NCBI GenBank assembly: GCA_964016885.1
Contig: OZ024765.1
Coordinates: 13,206,001 to 13,270,000, forward strand
From: Eledone cirrhosa
Taxonomy: Eukaryota
DNA length: 64,000 nucleotides
Direction: 5' to 3'
Each line of letters starts with the position of its first letter. Within the stretch, counting starts at the first letter, position 1. The notes under the pieces are model-generated. The model saw nothing but the letters and a program-made list of their open reading frames with translations, was not told the DNA's origin and made no database searches. Of the stretch, positions 25,261 to 39,218 are shown one piece after another. Made by a program: the position numbers and the translations under genes.

Positions 25261-27798
25261 TATATCATATATATATATAAATTATATTTGGGAAATGTAA
25301 ATAAGATAAAGAAATATTTACCTATTTTCTGAGAGCCTCCCTGCTGCAGTTTCATTGAGCAAACCTCAGCAAATTTTTGCTGTGAAAATCTCAAATTATC
25401 AGGGAACATTTTCAAACAAGAAAGAATTCACTATCGCTACCAGCGATAAATTCAAATGAGAGAATTATCACGTGATTAGTATCATACAGAGGGGCAGAGG
25501 TATGTGGACAATGACAAGTGAAAAGGCTGCACAATTATGAAATTGACTGTATAACAGTACCTTTGGTGTGCAGTACTCATATGTGCATAGGGCATGACCA
25601 GCCTATTTGAGTTGGGGTTACACTAGAAATGACTTAATCCTACCGATGTAGCACCTCGTGAAGAGATTGTCATTGGAGATTGTCAGAAAATGCATAACCA
25701 TGGATAGAACGAAGACAATGTTTGTGGAAGACATCAAACTAATAAATGTAGCAGGAAAGAAGTTGTGATGGAAAAGACCTTACTTTAAACATTTCCTTTG
25801 ACACTTGCGATGTGCATGGGATAGATTGTCTCATTTGGGAGTGAATTGATGGGAGTTTTTGTTTATATTACTCCACTTTTTTTAAATTTTCATTTCTCTT
25901 TCTCCTGCTCTGATCGTGTATTGTGGTGCGTTGAGGTTCCTAGCAATGGTTAATTGTATTTGTTATATGTGTTTATATGTTCATTCTGATGGAATTGTGA
26001 ACAGTTTGTAATAATTTTTTAACCCAAATAAAATTTTAACATTACATATATATCTAAAACAGAAAAAAAATAAATTTTAAATGAGTTATTTCCCCTGAAA
26101 TATTGTTAAACACGAAGTTGTTTAATGTCAGCCATTGTTTCGTACACAGCTCTATTAAGTGGTAAATTATATTTTATAACTGGTTTTTACTGTGATCTAA
26201 TTAAATAGAATTCATTTCTGATTATCTGTGTAAAGATGCAGATACAACAGTATTATGTTTAAGCTAGAAACATTAATCAACGTTTGTTTTAACATCTGAT
26301 CGTCTTGAAGCTGTCATTCATTGTCCAGTTTGTCTTAAGTTCTGACAATTTCAACATATTGTCACATCTTACGTTTTAAATACGAAAGTATTTTACATCT
26401 ATATTATTGTAAACATATCTTTTTACCTTTATCACATCTTCCGTATTAAATATGTAAGTCTCATGTACCTATATTATTGTAAATATATCTCTTTACCTTC
26501 ATTTCTTCAATATATTGTTACATCTTCAATATTAAATATGTAAAGTTTTATATGTCTATTTTATTGCAAACATATCTCTTTACTTTCACCTTTATATTTT
26601 GATATGTTCAGTGAGAAAAATAAAAAAAGAAACTTTACGAAAGTAATGATGCTGTTTTCATACTTCAAATCTTCGTTTTCCATTCATCACTCCATTCCAG
26701 TTTTTGTTATTTCTTACGACTTAACATCGACAGAAAGACAAGGTTTGTATTTTTAAACTGCAGTCTTATTTAGACTGTATTTACTTATATTTCTACCATG
26801 TGATAGGTTTTAGTGTTGCTAATTAGACATCGATATTAATTTTCCACTCTACCACCTGGTCTGAAATTATCGATTAAACAGATTTAATCAACAACATATA
26901 CTGTCTCTCTACATATATATATGTACATAAGCCGGCGTAATTCTTTGTCTCTACTATATATATATATTTCTTTGTCTTGTATTTTTAAACCCCAGTCTTA
27001 TTTAGGCCGTATATTTCTACCATATCGAGCAAGGCCATTCCCGTAATGGGATCAGGTCCTTGTTTTCTTTCCTACTTATTAACACTTTGGTTTGAAGGAG
27101 ATTTGTTGTTGATGAAAATTACAGCTACGATTCTTGTATTTTGTATTTTATTTTTATTATTTCTAATCATCCCACTCTCTCAATTAATGATTGTATTCCT
27201 ATAATAATATATATTAAAAATGAACTACATGATACTTGGTGAGCTGACAGAATGGTGCCATATCCAACATTCATACCCTCTTTCCATCACATTCCTATCT
27301 GTCTGTCTACCTTTCTCATTCTAATGAACTGAATGGCTTCATTGGGTAGACGCCACCTTCCCATCTTTGCATGAACTGGATAGATGTGGGCTGCATAAGC
27401 CACTGGGATGTCAGCTTATCAAGGAGAACAGTGACTCTGAATAAAAACTAAAATAGGGTGGAGAGGGCCCTTGAGTTTGGTCTGACAACATCTCGAATGT
27501 TGGTGGCACCAAGAACACACCCAGTCCACACTGCAAAGTGTTTGTGATAACAAGGTTATCCAGTCAGAAAGTCTCTGCTTAATATGAAAGCAAATATACT
27601 GCATATGTATCTTGGAAGATTGAATTGGATTAGTTCCATTGTTCAGGTAAAGTTTTATATCTACAATTTATTAATGTAGAAATATAATAAAAAATCTCAA
27701 GTTTGAATCACTATATTTTATATATCTTCTATATGTTAGATAAATATAAACATTTTAAGCAGGATTTTTTAACCATTTAGCATTTAAACTGGCCATAT

Positions 27799-28131
27799 AA
27801 TAATAATGAAATTATTGTGTAAAGTGCTCAGGTGCACTACAACTCGTCAAGAAAGTACATGTGTGTATGTGTTAGCTGTAGTGTTGGCGGATCTCGGGAA
27901 GCATGGAGGCCTTAAAGGATGCAGTGTCTCGACAGCTAACAACTGATGCAGGTAGTTTGTTCCATGCTTCAGCAACTCTGAGCATGAAAAAATGTTTCCG
28001 AAAGTCATGGGAACTGTGCTGTTTTCTTACTTTGTGGGCATGTCCACGTGTGTTAGACACATGGAAATCGAAAAGGCACTCAGGGTTGTTGTTGGCAACA
28101 TGGTTAACAATTTTGTGGGTGTTTACCAAGT
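27799..28131 (-). mobile_element. 5'-truncated CR1-like LINE insertion
   Basis: TRGH..K...RKHFF..RV..WNKLP..VV....SFK C-terminus, (TTA)n tail and CATAT target-site duplication. Absent from all other units. Confidence 0.9.
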
Positions 28132-28844
28132 CATATCTGGCCAAAATCTCACCTCTTTCTGTTCAGACTGACTGTAAGTGGTTGCTCATACTGATATTAA
28201 GGTATTGTTCTCATAGATTTGATATTATGTGAGATAAATCCTTTACCATGAAAATATAATAGTATATATAGAGTAATGTAAATGCTAAAGGGTTGAACAT
28301 CAAATTGTTACGGGGGTCCACCACAGTAAAATAAGAATCAAAGAGATCCATGGGTAAAATAAGGTTGATAATCAGTTTTATATGTTAGATAAATATAAAC
28401 ACTTTAAACCAGCTTTAAATATCCTTAATATCTTATACTGTTTCTCTATTATTTCAGAATATTGGATGATATCAACATTAAAGTATTTTCTATACCAGAA
28501 ACATCAATATTTATTTCACATGTTTTAAAGACTATACAGAACACATATGACCTTGTCTATTTATTAAATCTGTAAATTACTGTGAAATATTTCATTTCAA
28601 CTGAGATTATTTCCAACATTTCTCTACTTTACTGTCTGGAATGTGTTGAAGTTGACTTTGTATTGTGACTAAATTTGGATAAATTAGATAAATTTACAAA
28701 GGAGTTTGTAACATATTTTGACATCAACATCAAAGTTGATGGAAATATAGCAGAAAGAATATTTCTTAAGAATGAATTATAAAAAAGAGGTAATGTTGGT
28801 ACAAAAGAATTTAAGACTTACCTGAATACATTTTTGGTGAGGAG

Positions 28845-30224
28845 ATGGCGAATGGACAAGAAGAATCACCATACCACTGCAATATCTGTAAAAAGGCATT
28901 CTCTCAAAAACATAACTTAACTCTTCACAAGCGTGTTCATACAGGAGAGAAACCATATCGCTGTGATATCTGTGGTAAATCATTCTCTGTAAAAGATAGA
29001 TTGGCTCGTCACACACGTACACATACAGTAGAGAAACCGTATCATTGTGATGTCTGTGGTAAATCATTTTCTCAAAGTAATGAATTGACTGTTCACACAC
29101 GTACACATACGGGGGAGAAACCATATCACTGTGAAATCTGTGGTAAATCATTCTCTATAAGTAATAACTTGACTAGCCACACACGTACACATACAGGAGA
29201 GAAACCATATCACTGTGACACCTGTGGTAAATCATTCTCTATAAGCAAAGACTTGACTGTTCACATACGTATACATACAGGAGAAAAACCATATCATTGT
29301 GAAATCTGTGGTACATCATTCTCTACAAGTCATATATTGACTCGTCACACACGTACACATACAGGAGAGAAACCATATCATTGTGATGTCTGTGGTAAAA
29401 CATTTTCTCAAAGTAATGAATTGACTGTTCACACACGTACACATACGGGGGAAAAACCATATCACTGTGAAATCTGTGGTAAATCATTCTCTTCAAGTAA
29501 TAACTTAACTAGCCACACACGTACACATACAGGAGAGAAACGATATCACTGTGACATATGTGGTAAATCATTCTCTATAAGCAAAGACTTGACTGTTCAC
29601 ACACGTATACATACAGGAGAAAAACCATATCATTGTGATATCTGTGGTAAATCATTCTCTACAAGTAATATATTGACTTGTCACACACGTACACATCCAA
29701 GAGAGAAACCATATCATTGTGATGTCTGTGGTAAATCATTTTCTCAAAGTAATGAATTGACTGTTCACACACGTACACATACGGGGGAGAAACCATATCA
29801 CTGTGACATCTGTGGTAAATCATTCTCTAGAAATGGTGACTTAACTATTCATAAACGTATACATACAGGAGAGAAACCATATCACTGTGACACCTGTGGT
29901 AAATCATTCTCTATAAGCAAAAACTTGACTCGTCACACACGTATACATACAGGAGAAAAACCATATCATTGTGATATCTGTGGTAAATCATTATCTACAA
30001 GTCATAACTTGACTATTCACACACGTATTCATACAGGAGAGAAACCATACCACTGTGAAATCTGTGGTAAATCATTCTCTAGAAATGGTGACCTAACTAC
30101 TCATAAACGGATACATACAGGAGAGAAGCCATATCATTGTGATATCTGTGGTAAATCATTCTCTATAAGTAATAACTTGACTCGTCACACACGTATACAT
30201 ACAGGAGAGAAACTACATCCCTAA
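28845..30224 (+). CDS. C2H2 zinc-finger protein ZNF-4, 459 aa, 16 fingers (subtype A)
   Basis: Collinear with ZNF-1 minus eight internal fingers, with the same KLHP* end. Confidence 0.93.
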   Translation: MANGQEESPYHCNICKKAFSQKHNLTLHKRVHTGEKPYRCDICGKSFSVKDRLARHTRTHTVEKPYHCDVCGKSFSQSNELTVHTRTHTGEKPYHCEICGKSFSISNNLTSHTRTHTGEKPYHCDTCGKSFSISKDLTVHIRIHTGEKPYHCEICGTSFSTSHILTRHTRTHTGEKPYHCDVCGKTFSQSNELTVHTRTHTGEKPYHCEICGKSFSSSNNLTSHTRTHTGEKRYHCDICGKSFSISKDLTVHTRIHTGEKPYHCDICGKSFSTSNILTCHTRTHPREKPYHCDVCGKSFSQSNELTVHTRTHTGEKPYHCDICGKSFSRNGDLTIHKRIHTGEKPYHCDTCGKSFSISKNLTRHTRIHTGEKPYHCDICGKSLSTSHNLTIHTRIHTGEKPYHCEICGKSFSRNGDLTTHKRIHTGEKPYHCDICGKSFSISNNLTRHTRIHTGEKLHP

Positions 30225-31531
30225 CATCTGTGGTAAATCATTCCCTCGAAATGAAGAATTGACTTGTCACACGTATACATACAAGAGAGAAACCATATCA
30301 TTGTGATATCTGGTAAATCATTCTCTCGGAGTAGTGAATTTACTGTTCACAAATGTATTTATACAAGAGGCAATACTCGAGTTGAGTCAACAGCGTGACA
30401 GCCTTTCTAACGTTTGTCATGTACTTGATAAATGCAGCCACTACATGCTTTAAAGTTGTTGATACAAAGGGAATCCAGTTGTAGAAAGCTGGTCAAACAA
30501 AGAGGATCCTTCAGTTATTTCAAAGACATTACAACCTCTCTCATGATGCCGACACAAAAAAATACACTCTGTAAAATTTTGTAAGCTATATAAGTGAGAT
30601 GCTGATCCCTGGCCAATCTGGGAAGTCAGTAGGTCTACGTTAGTACTGAGTTTGTCTGTGAAAACCCGTCCAACTCTTGCTAGCAGGGAAATCAGACAAG
30701 AAATGTTGATGATTAAGATTTTGGTGGTCTATAACTTGTAGAAGATTATCAAACTCCTCCTGCCATCCACTTCAACTTATTTCCCTTCTCACTCTCCTGT
30801 CTCCATCAACTCTGTCCCGTCTCCTGCTTCAATCAACTCTGCTAAACGTTATTTTATTAAAATTTATCTAGAGAAAAGAAAGAAAACAAAAAATTAACTT
30901 TTTCAAAACATTTTTTTTCTTTAATTTCTTGCTTGAAATGTTGATGGTTATTCCAAGAGTAAAACCCTACCAAGTACCTTTGTGAGGTTTTTGAAAATTA
31001 AATATTGTTAAAATTTATAAGAATCTGTATTATTCTGTGTTGGTTTTTCATATTTTGTTTTTGTTGGTTTTCCTTATCTTTGTATCGAAATACAGTCAAG
31101 ATTTAAAGAAATGAAAGTAATATTTGTTTACAAGAAGAATTTTAATAGATATTAGAGTATGTTATATGTTGTGATTTCGCAGTGAAAGGAAGCTACAGTA
31201 GCGGAAGACCTGGGCAGAACTGGTGGGAGTTGAACCTGAAATACTGAACCTAACAAAGGAATGCAGTAGCAGGAAAGATGTGCTGGAAAAGACCTGTCCA
31301 ATGTATTTAATCATGGAAAGGTAGACATAAAAGTATGATGATGATGATGCTGTAAGAGGTTTTTTCCATCTTCACATTCCAAAACCATATCACTGTAGCA
31401 GGAGTATGGACCTGTATCAGTTTCAACAACAAGTATTCTAGTTATTTGCTCAACAGAACAGCCTGCTTATGAAATTAACATGAAAGTGGCAAGCAATCTT
31501 GTGCTAAAAAAAGGTCTAAAGTCTGTCTGAA

Positions 31532-32175
31532 GCCGGGAGGCAAAGGCCAGTGTTTCTCTCAGTTTTTGTGGTGCTAAGTCGCCAAGGTTAATCCTGCCAC
31601 CTGAATGCAGGTTGCTTTGCCTTATTATTATATGGGCACTAGCTGGGGTAAATATCTGCTCAGTTCTGGATCTGGCTGCATTATCCAGAGGTGATGAGAA
31701 AAAACCAGATGGCTTTACACCTTCTTTCTGGGTAAGAGACAGGTGTTTTATCTGGGACACTATAGTCATTGACACCTTTTGCTCCTTTCCACATCATGGA
31801 TGCTGTGGTAAATGTAAGGGTCAATACTTCAATTGCCTAATGGAATAAAATCCTAAATTACTGGGAGCTCTTGGACAATTATTTTTTCCAGCCTGTGGTA
31901 TTTAAGACGTTTTGAGGAGCTGGGCTGCTGACGGCAAAATACGTGTCACTGCTGGTCTCTCGAGGTGTTAGGTGATACCTGTGAGGACGCCGAGTTGTTC
32001 CTGGACCATAGTCTTACCTTACCAAGGTGTCGGGTAATACCATTGAGGGTAACGAATTGTTCCTGCTCCTTAGCCTCGACTTACTGTTGTGTCAGTTTAT
32101 ACCTTTGAAGGTGCTGGGTTGTTCTAGCACCTTAGCCACGCCATCACCCGTGCTAATGCTGCCAGCATATTGGTT
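31532..32175 (+). mobile_element. CRE-like remnant copy
   Basis: Paralog retaining KKPDG. Confidence 0.7.
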
Positions 32176-34010
32176 TACTTTAAACATTTCCTTTGACACT
32201 TGTGATTTGATGTGGGATAGATTGTCGCATTTGGGAGTGAATTGATGGGAGTTTTTGTTTAATTTCCACTCCTCATTCTTTCACTCTTATTGTGTATTTT
32301 GGTGCGTTGTATTTGTGAGGTTCCTAGCAATGGTTAATTGTATTTTTTATATGTGTTTATATTTTCATTCTGATGGAATTGTGAACACTTTGTAATAATT
32401 TTTTAATCCAAATAAAATTTTAACATCTATATATCTAAAACAGAGAATGTCTGTCTGTCTGACTCCCTAAAACTCGAGAACCACTGAACCGATTGTTTTC
32501 AAACTTTACACATGTAATACTTATGGTCCTGTGAGTGTTTTGAGCAAAAACAATTTCAAATTTTCAATGCCCTAGGGACTGCATTAGGCGATTTAGCGAT
32601 CTCTCTCTATAATTCTTAGTCTTGCTTTTTAGATAGATACATAGATACAACGTTGTGCCCTTATAGTATGTCTGGCTGTCTGCATTATGACTTCACTATC
32701 CGCGTGTGTGTGTAACGTTTTTCGAAATATTTACTTCTGCGTTCACAGATTGATTTTTTTAGTTTCATAAGATCCCGTTAAGGGTGAAAGCAGCGATTCT
32801 TTGCTTAAACTTTAATCTGTTATTTTAATATAACGTTATTTGCCTATAACGATAACCTGTTATCCCGTATATATAGGGACAGTAGCCCCGCCACACCAAG
32901 CCCACAGTAAACCACCCCCTACACTTGCACCACCCCTACCTCTGCCTCGATCGACTCCTATGGCAGCACAGACATGCATATATCCATACATAGATCCTGT
33001 TATTTAAGATTGTACATGCACTGATACTTACATATGCGAGTATATATATACATATATATATGTGGGTGTGTGTGAGTATGGGATGCACCTGGGCCCGTGT
33101 TGGTGTGTGTGGGCTTGCAACGATGTGGGTTGACATACACGCATATGTACTCTCTGCCGAATTAATAACTGTAGTCCTCTGCATTTCCTGATTTTGACAC
33201 TCAGGTTATGGTATTTTACACTCCACTCTTGCCTCATTTGCTCTTAAAACGCACCACCCCATAATAGTGTAAAGATCGTAATCCTTTGCATTTCCTGATT
33301 CTGACACATAGCCTTTATACTTCAGTCAATATTTTCCAAATCTTTCAAACTTTTATATTGGCTATAACACACCCTCATTTTATTCTTCTTTGATATTTGA
33401 TATAACAAACACGCATTTTATTCCATTTTATTCATTTATTTATTTAGTTTTTTACTTCTTCATTTTATTGAATTGTATCTTATTATTTTATTTATTTTAT
33501 CTAATTTTTTTATATTTGATTTCTTCATTTTACCTTATCTGATTCCATTATCTGTTTGGCACCCCCACCATGTGAAAGGGTTGTAGGATTGATGCCAACC
33601 CACACACACTCATTATTCTAAAGAGAGCAGCAGTAGAACTAAGGCTGACCCCCTAACACCAATAAACACAAGGGAGGAGGTCAGCTGTACTTAACAAAAA
33701 CAACCACAACAGATTGTCTTGCCTCAGAAAAAATTTCTATAGACTTTTGACTGCGGAATGTTCTCCCAACTGACTAATGGGAAGAGAGAGTGTCCTATGA
33801 TGCCGAAATTCGTTTGTTCGAATTCATATGATTCCAGTTCCTCAGAGAAATAAAAACCCAACCAGGAGCTGGACATATCGGAGTATTGACGGAGCAAAAC
33901 AATTTAACAACATGTGTATCGGTCTCTACCACACCAATTTGAAATGCCTGAAGAGGTCACAGCCAATGGTCACCGAAATATATATAATATTTGACTTAAT
34001 TACTTTATTT

Positions 34011-34330
34011 TCATCATCATCATCATCATCATTTCATTTTACGTCCGCTTTTTCCCTGCTTGCAAGGGTGGGACGGGAACTGATTCTGGCTTGATTTCTA
34101 CAGCTGGATGCCCTTCCTAACACCAACCTCATTTACAGTGAGTGCTGGGTGCTTTTTTGCCGTGGCACCTCCACGACCACTTTGCAGTGGAATGATAGGG
34201 ACCCCAGTCCCTAACATCTCATTTCTACAGCTGAGTAAACTGGAGCAATGTGAAATAAAGTGTCTGAGAATTGAACTCACAACCTTTCGATTGCAAGGCC
34301 AATGCTCTAACCACTAAGCCATCTTCCTTC
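34011..34330 (-). mobile_element. SINE family A (small internal deletion)
   Basis: Reverse complement of family A. Confidence 0.85.
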
Positions 34331-34395
34331 TATATATATATATATCTAATTTTGGCATACTGCCTATGGAAGCACCATAGCTACCATTATACACA

Positions 34396-34430
<35 letters not shown>

Positions 34431-34472
34431 TATATATATTATATATATTATATATATTATATATATATATAT

Positions 34473-34504
<32 letters not shown>

Positions 34505-34651
34505 ATTAAAGAGTTAAACAAGATTCAATGAGTAACACAAAGAATAAGTTTTACAGTAGATTGAAAGCACTCTACAGCAAAAAATATTTTTCCAGAGTTA
34601 TTAATATTAAAATACAAATATTAATAAAATATATGTCTTTTGATCCATTAA

Positions 34652-34704
34652 ATTTTATTATACACATTTCAGAGGTACAACAGTACGTCCTCATCAGACA
34701 AAAT
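34652..34704 (-). ncRNA. Minimal type I hammerhead ribozyme, family H2
   Basis: Minus strand reads ATTTTGT-CTGATGA-GGACGTAC-TGTT-GTACCTCT-GAAA-T-GTGT-A-TA^ATAAAAT. Confidence 0.75.
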
Positions 34705-34709
34705 ATAAT

Positions 34710-34799
34710 TGTTTCTACGTTAGGCACAAGGCCAGCAAGTTATCCAGTACATTACTGGTACTTTATTTTATCGACCCCGTAAGGATGAAAGGCAAAGTT
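34710..34799 (-). mobile_element. SINE family B, 5'-truncated (copies at 44399-44487 and 53030-53118)
   Basis: 15-bp TSD CAGACAAAATATAAT. Confidence 0.85.
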
Positions 34800-34860
34800 C
34801 AGACAAAATATAATGATACATGACATACCCATATATATATATATAATGATACATGACATA

Positions 34861-34905
<45 letters not shown>

Positions 34906-37322
34906 GTGTACAGATATTTTTGCATACACAATAACAGAATATAAACAAACGTATTTATTTCACGAGGCTCGATAAAGATAAATATATATTAGATCACTAG
35001 AGCAACGCCGGGCCATTCTGTTAGTCATATATAAAAGAAAAAATATTTTTTAAAGAGTTACGTCCATTGAAATATTGTTAAACACAAAGTTTTTCACTGT
35101 CGGCCATTGTTTCGTACACAGCTCTATTAAATGGTAAATTATATTTTATAACTGGTTTTTACTGTGATCTAATTAAATAGAATTCATTACCGATTATCTG
35201 TATAAAGATGCAGATACAACATTATTATGTTTAAGCTAGAAACATTAATCAACGTTTGTTTTAACATCTAGATGTCTTGAAGCTGTCATTCATTGTCCAG
35301 TTTGTCTTAAGTTCTGACAATTTCAACATATTGTCACATCTTACGTTTTAAATACGAAAGTATTTTACATCTATATTATTGTAAACATATCTTTTTACCT
35401 TTATCACATCTTCCGTATTAAATATGTAAGTATCATGTACCTATATTATTGTAAATATATCTCTTTAGCTTCATTTCATCAATATATTGTTACATCTTCC
35501 GTATTAAATATGTAACGTATTATATTTCTATTTTATTGCAAACATATCTCTTTACTTTCACCTTTATATTTTGATATGTTCAGTGAGATAAATAAAAAAA
35601 GAAACTTTACGAAAGTAATGAAGATGTTTTCATACTTCAAATCTTCGTTTTCCACTCTTCACTCCATTCCAGGTTTTGTTATTTCTTACGACTGAACATC
35701 GACAGAAAGACAAGGTTTGTAATTTTAAACTGCAGTCTTATTTAGACTGTATTTACTTATATTTCTACCATGTGATAGGTTTTAGTGTTGCTAATTAGAC
35801 ATCGATATTAATTCTCCACTCTACCACCTGGTCTGAAATTATCGATTAAACAGATTTAATCAACAACATATACTGTCTCTCTACATATATATATGTACAT
35901 AAGCCGGCGTAATTCTTTGTCTTGCTTATGCATTCCCAAATGTCTCAACTAATTCAATTCGAGAGTGTCAACATATATTTTTTATTTTATAACTTTATGA
36001 CATCAAAAAAGATAAACATCCCAAGCTGACTGCTATTTCTAGCAGGCTGGGAATCAACCAGAAGGTACTCTCTGCTCATAATGTGATCAGGTCCTTGTCT
36101 TCTTTCCTACTTATTAACACTTTGGTTTGAAGGAGATTTGTTGTTGATGAAAATTACAGCTACGATTCTTGTATTTTGTATTTTATTTTTATTATTTCTA
36201 ATCATCCCACTCTCTCAATTAATGATTGTATTCCTATAATATATATTAAAAATGAACTACATGATGCTTGGTGAGCTGACAGAATGGTGCCATATCCAAC
36301 CTTCATACCGCCTTTCCATCACATTCCTATCTGTCTGTCTACCTTTCTCATTCTAATGAACTGAATGGCTTTTTGGGTAGACGCCACCTTCCCATCTTTG
36401 CATGAACCGGATAGATGTGGGCTGCATAAGCCACTGGGATGTCAGCTTATCAAGGAGAACAGTGACTCTGAATAAAAACTAATAAAGGGTGGAGAGGGCC
36501 CTTGAGTTTGGTCAGGATTTTTTAACCATTTAGCATTTAAACTGACCATATCTGGCCAAAATCTCACCTCTTTCTGTTCAAACTGACTGTAAGTGGCTGC
36601 TCATACTGATATTAAGGTATTGTTCTCAAAATAAATATCAAAATCTCATAGATTTGATATTATGTGAGATAAATCCGTTACCATGAAAATATAATAGTAT
36701 ATATAGAGTAATGTAAATGCTAAAGGGTTGAACATCAAATTGTTACGGGGGTCCACCATAGTAAAATAAGAATCAAAGAGGTCCATTGGTAAAATAAGGT
36801 TGATAACCACTGTTTTGTGTTAGATAAATATAAACACTTTAAACCAGCTTTAAATATCCTTAATATCTTATACTGTTTCTCTATTATTTCAGAATATCAG
36901 ATGACATCAACATTAACGTATTTTCTATACCAGAAACATCAATATTTATTTCTCATGTTTTAAAGACTATACAGAACACATATGACCTTGTCTATTTATT
37001 AAATCTGTAAATTACTGTGAAATATTTCATTTCAACTGAGATTATTTCCAACATTTCTCTACTTTACTGTCATTTCAACTGAGATTATTTCCAACATTTC
37101 TCTACTTTACTGTCTGGAATGTGTTGAAGTTGACTTTGTATTGTGACTAAATTTGGATAAATTAGATAAATTTACAAAGGAGTTTGTAACATCTTTTGAC
37201 ATCAACATCAAAGTTGATGGAAATATAGCAGAAAGAATATTTCTTAAGAATAAATTATAAAAAAGAGGTAATGATGGTACAAAATAATTTAAGACTTGCT
37301 TGAATACATTTTTGGTGAGGAG

Positions 37323-39218
37323 ATGGCGAATGGACAAGAGAAATCACCATACTACTGCAATATCTGTAAAAAGGCATTCTCTCAAAAACATAACTTAACT
37401 CTTCACAAGCGTATTCATACTGGAGAGAAACCATATCGCTGTGATATCTGTGGTAAATCATTCTCTGGAAGAAATAACCTGACTTCTCACACACGTACAC
37501 ACACAGGAGAGAAACCATATGATTGTGCTATCTGTGGTAAATCATTCTCCGTAAGAGCTAACCTGACTTCTCACAATCGTGTTCATACAGGAGAAAAACC
37601 ATATGATTGTGCTATCTGTGGTAAATCATTTTCTAAAAGAAGTAACTTAAATGCTCACAAGCGTGTTCATACAGGAGAGAAACCATATCACTGCAACATC
37701 TGTGGTAAATCATTCTCTGCAAATGATAAATTGACTGATCATAAACGTATTCATACAGGAGAGAAACCATTTCACTGTGAAATCTGTGGTAAATCATTCT
37801 CTCAGAAGGGTATCTTAATTAGACACAAACGCATACATACAGGGCAAAAACCATATCACTGTCATATCTGTGGTAAATCATTCTCAGAACGATGTATAAT
37901 GACTCGTCACACACTTACACATACAGGGGAGAAACCATATCACTGTGATATCTGTGGTAAATCATTCTCTGAAAATAGTCATTTAAATACTCATAAACGT
38001 ATTCATACAGGAGAGAAGCCATATCACTGTGATATCTGTGGTAAATCATTCTGTGAAAATAGTCATTTAACTGCTCATAAACGAATTCATACAGGGGAGA
38101 AACCATATCACTGTGATATCTGCAGTAAATCTTTCTCTACAAGTAATAAATTGACTGTTCACACACGTACACATACAGGAGAGAAACCATATCACTGTGA
38201 TATATGTGGTAAATCATTCTCTTCAAGTAATAGTTTGACTCTTCACTTACGTACACATACAGGAGAGAAACCATATCACTGTGATGTGTGTGGTAAATCA
38301 TTCTCTAGAAGTAATGACTTGACTAGTCACAAACGTACACATACAGGAGAGAAACCATATCACTGTGACATATGTGGTAAATCATTCTCTGCAAGTAATA
38401 AATTGACTGTTCACACACGTATACATACGGGGGAGAAACCATATAACTGTGATATCTGTGGTAAATCATTCTCTAGAAATGGTGACTTAACTACTCATAA
38501 ACGTATACATACAGGAGAGAAACCATATCACTGTGACATATGTGGTAAATCATTCTCTGGAAGTAAAGACTTGACTAGTCACAAACGTACACACACAGGA
38601 GAGAAACCATATCATTGTGATATCTGTGGTAAATCATTCACTGTAAGTAGTGCTTTAGCTACTCATAAACGTATTCATACAAATGAGAAACCATATCATT
38701 GTAATATCTGTGGTAAATCATTTTCTAGAAGTAGTAATGTGACTGTTCACAAACGTACACATACAGGAGAAAAACCATATCACTGTGATATATGTGGAAA
38801 ATTATTCTCTGTAAGTAACCAGTTAACTACTCACAAACGTACACATACAGGAGAAAAACCATATCACTGTAGTATCTGTGGTAAATCATTCTCTGTAAGT
38901 AACCAGCTAACTACTCACAAACGTACACATACAGGAGAGAAGCCATATCATTGTGATATCTGTGGTAAATCATTCTCTCGAAGTAGTGAATTGACCCGTC
39001 ACACACGTTTACATACAGGAGAGAAACTATATCGTTGTGATATGTGTGGTAAATCATTCTCTGTAAGCAAAGACTTGACTGTTCACAAACGTATACATAC
39101 AGGAGAGAAACCATATCATTGTGATATCTGTTGTAAATCATTCTTGCAGAGTAGTGAATTTACTGTTCATAAATGTATTCATACAAGAGGGAATACTCCA
39201 GTTGAGTCTACAGCGTGA
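37323..39218 (+). CDS. C2H2 zinc-finger protein ZNF-5, 631 aa, 22 fingers (subtype C)
   Basis: Start placed at the ATG of MANGQ (37323), homologous to all paralogs; the ORF track used an upstream TTG. The last finger is intact (HKCIH). Confidence 0.93.
   Translation: MANGQEKSPYYCNICKKAFSQKHNLTLHKRIHTGEKPYRCDICGKSFSGRNNLTSHTRTHTGEKPYDCAICGKSFSVRANLTSHNRVHTGEKPYDCAICGKSFSKRSNLNAHKRVHTGEKPYHCNICGKSFSANDKLTDHKRIHTGEKPFHCEICGKSFSQKGILIRHKRIHTGQKPYHCHICGKSFSERCIMTRHTLTHTGEKPYHCDICGKSFSENSHLNTHKRIHTGEKPYHCDICGKSFCENSHLTAHKRIHTGEKPYHCDICSKSFSTSNKLTVHTRTHTGEKPYHCDICGKSFSSSNSLTLHLRTHTGEKPYHCDVCGKSFSRSNDLTSHKRTHTGEKPYHCDICGKSFSASNKLTVHTRIHTGEKPYNCDICGKSFSRNGDLTTHKRIHTGEKPYHCDICGKSFSGSKDLTSHKRTHTGEKPYHCDICGKSFTVSSALATHKRIHTNEKPYHCNICGKSFSRSSNVTVHKRTHTGEKPYHCDICGKLFSVSNQLTTHKRTHTGEKPYHCSICGKSFSVSNQLTTHKRTHTGEKPYHCDICGKSFSRSSELTRHTRLHTGEKLYRCDMCGKSFSVSKDLTVHKRIHTGEKPYHCDICCKSFLQSSEFTVHKCIHTRGNTPVESTA

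Larger units (their letters stand above)
32426..35024 (+). mobile_element. Helitron-like element, copy 4 (hairpin partly deleted)
   Basis: Same termini, longest cargo. Confidence 0.65.

Noticed and set aside
25290-25780. Unique segment possibly derived from an RTE LINE
   Set aside because: Too decayed to support a call by eye.
33940-33985. H1 hammerhead copy in Helitron copy 4
   Set aside because: Stem II is partly deleted and the 3' arm of stem I is missing.
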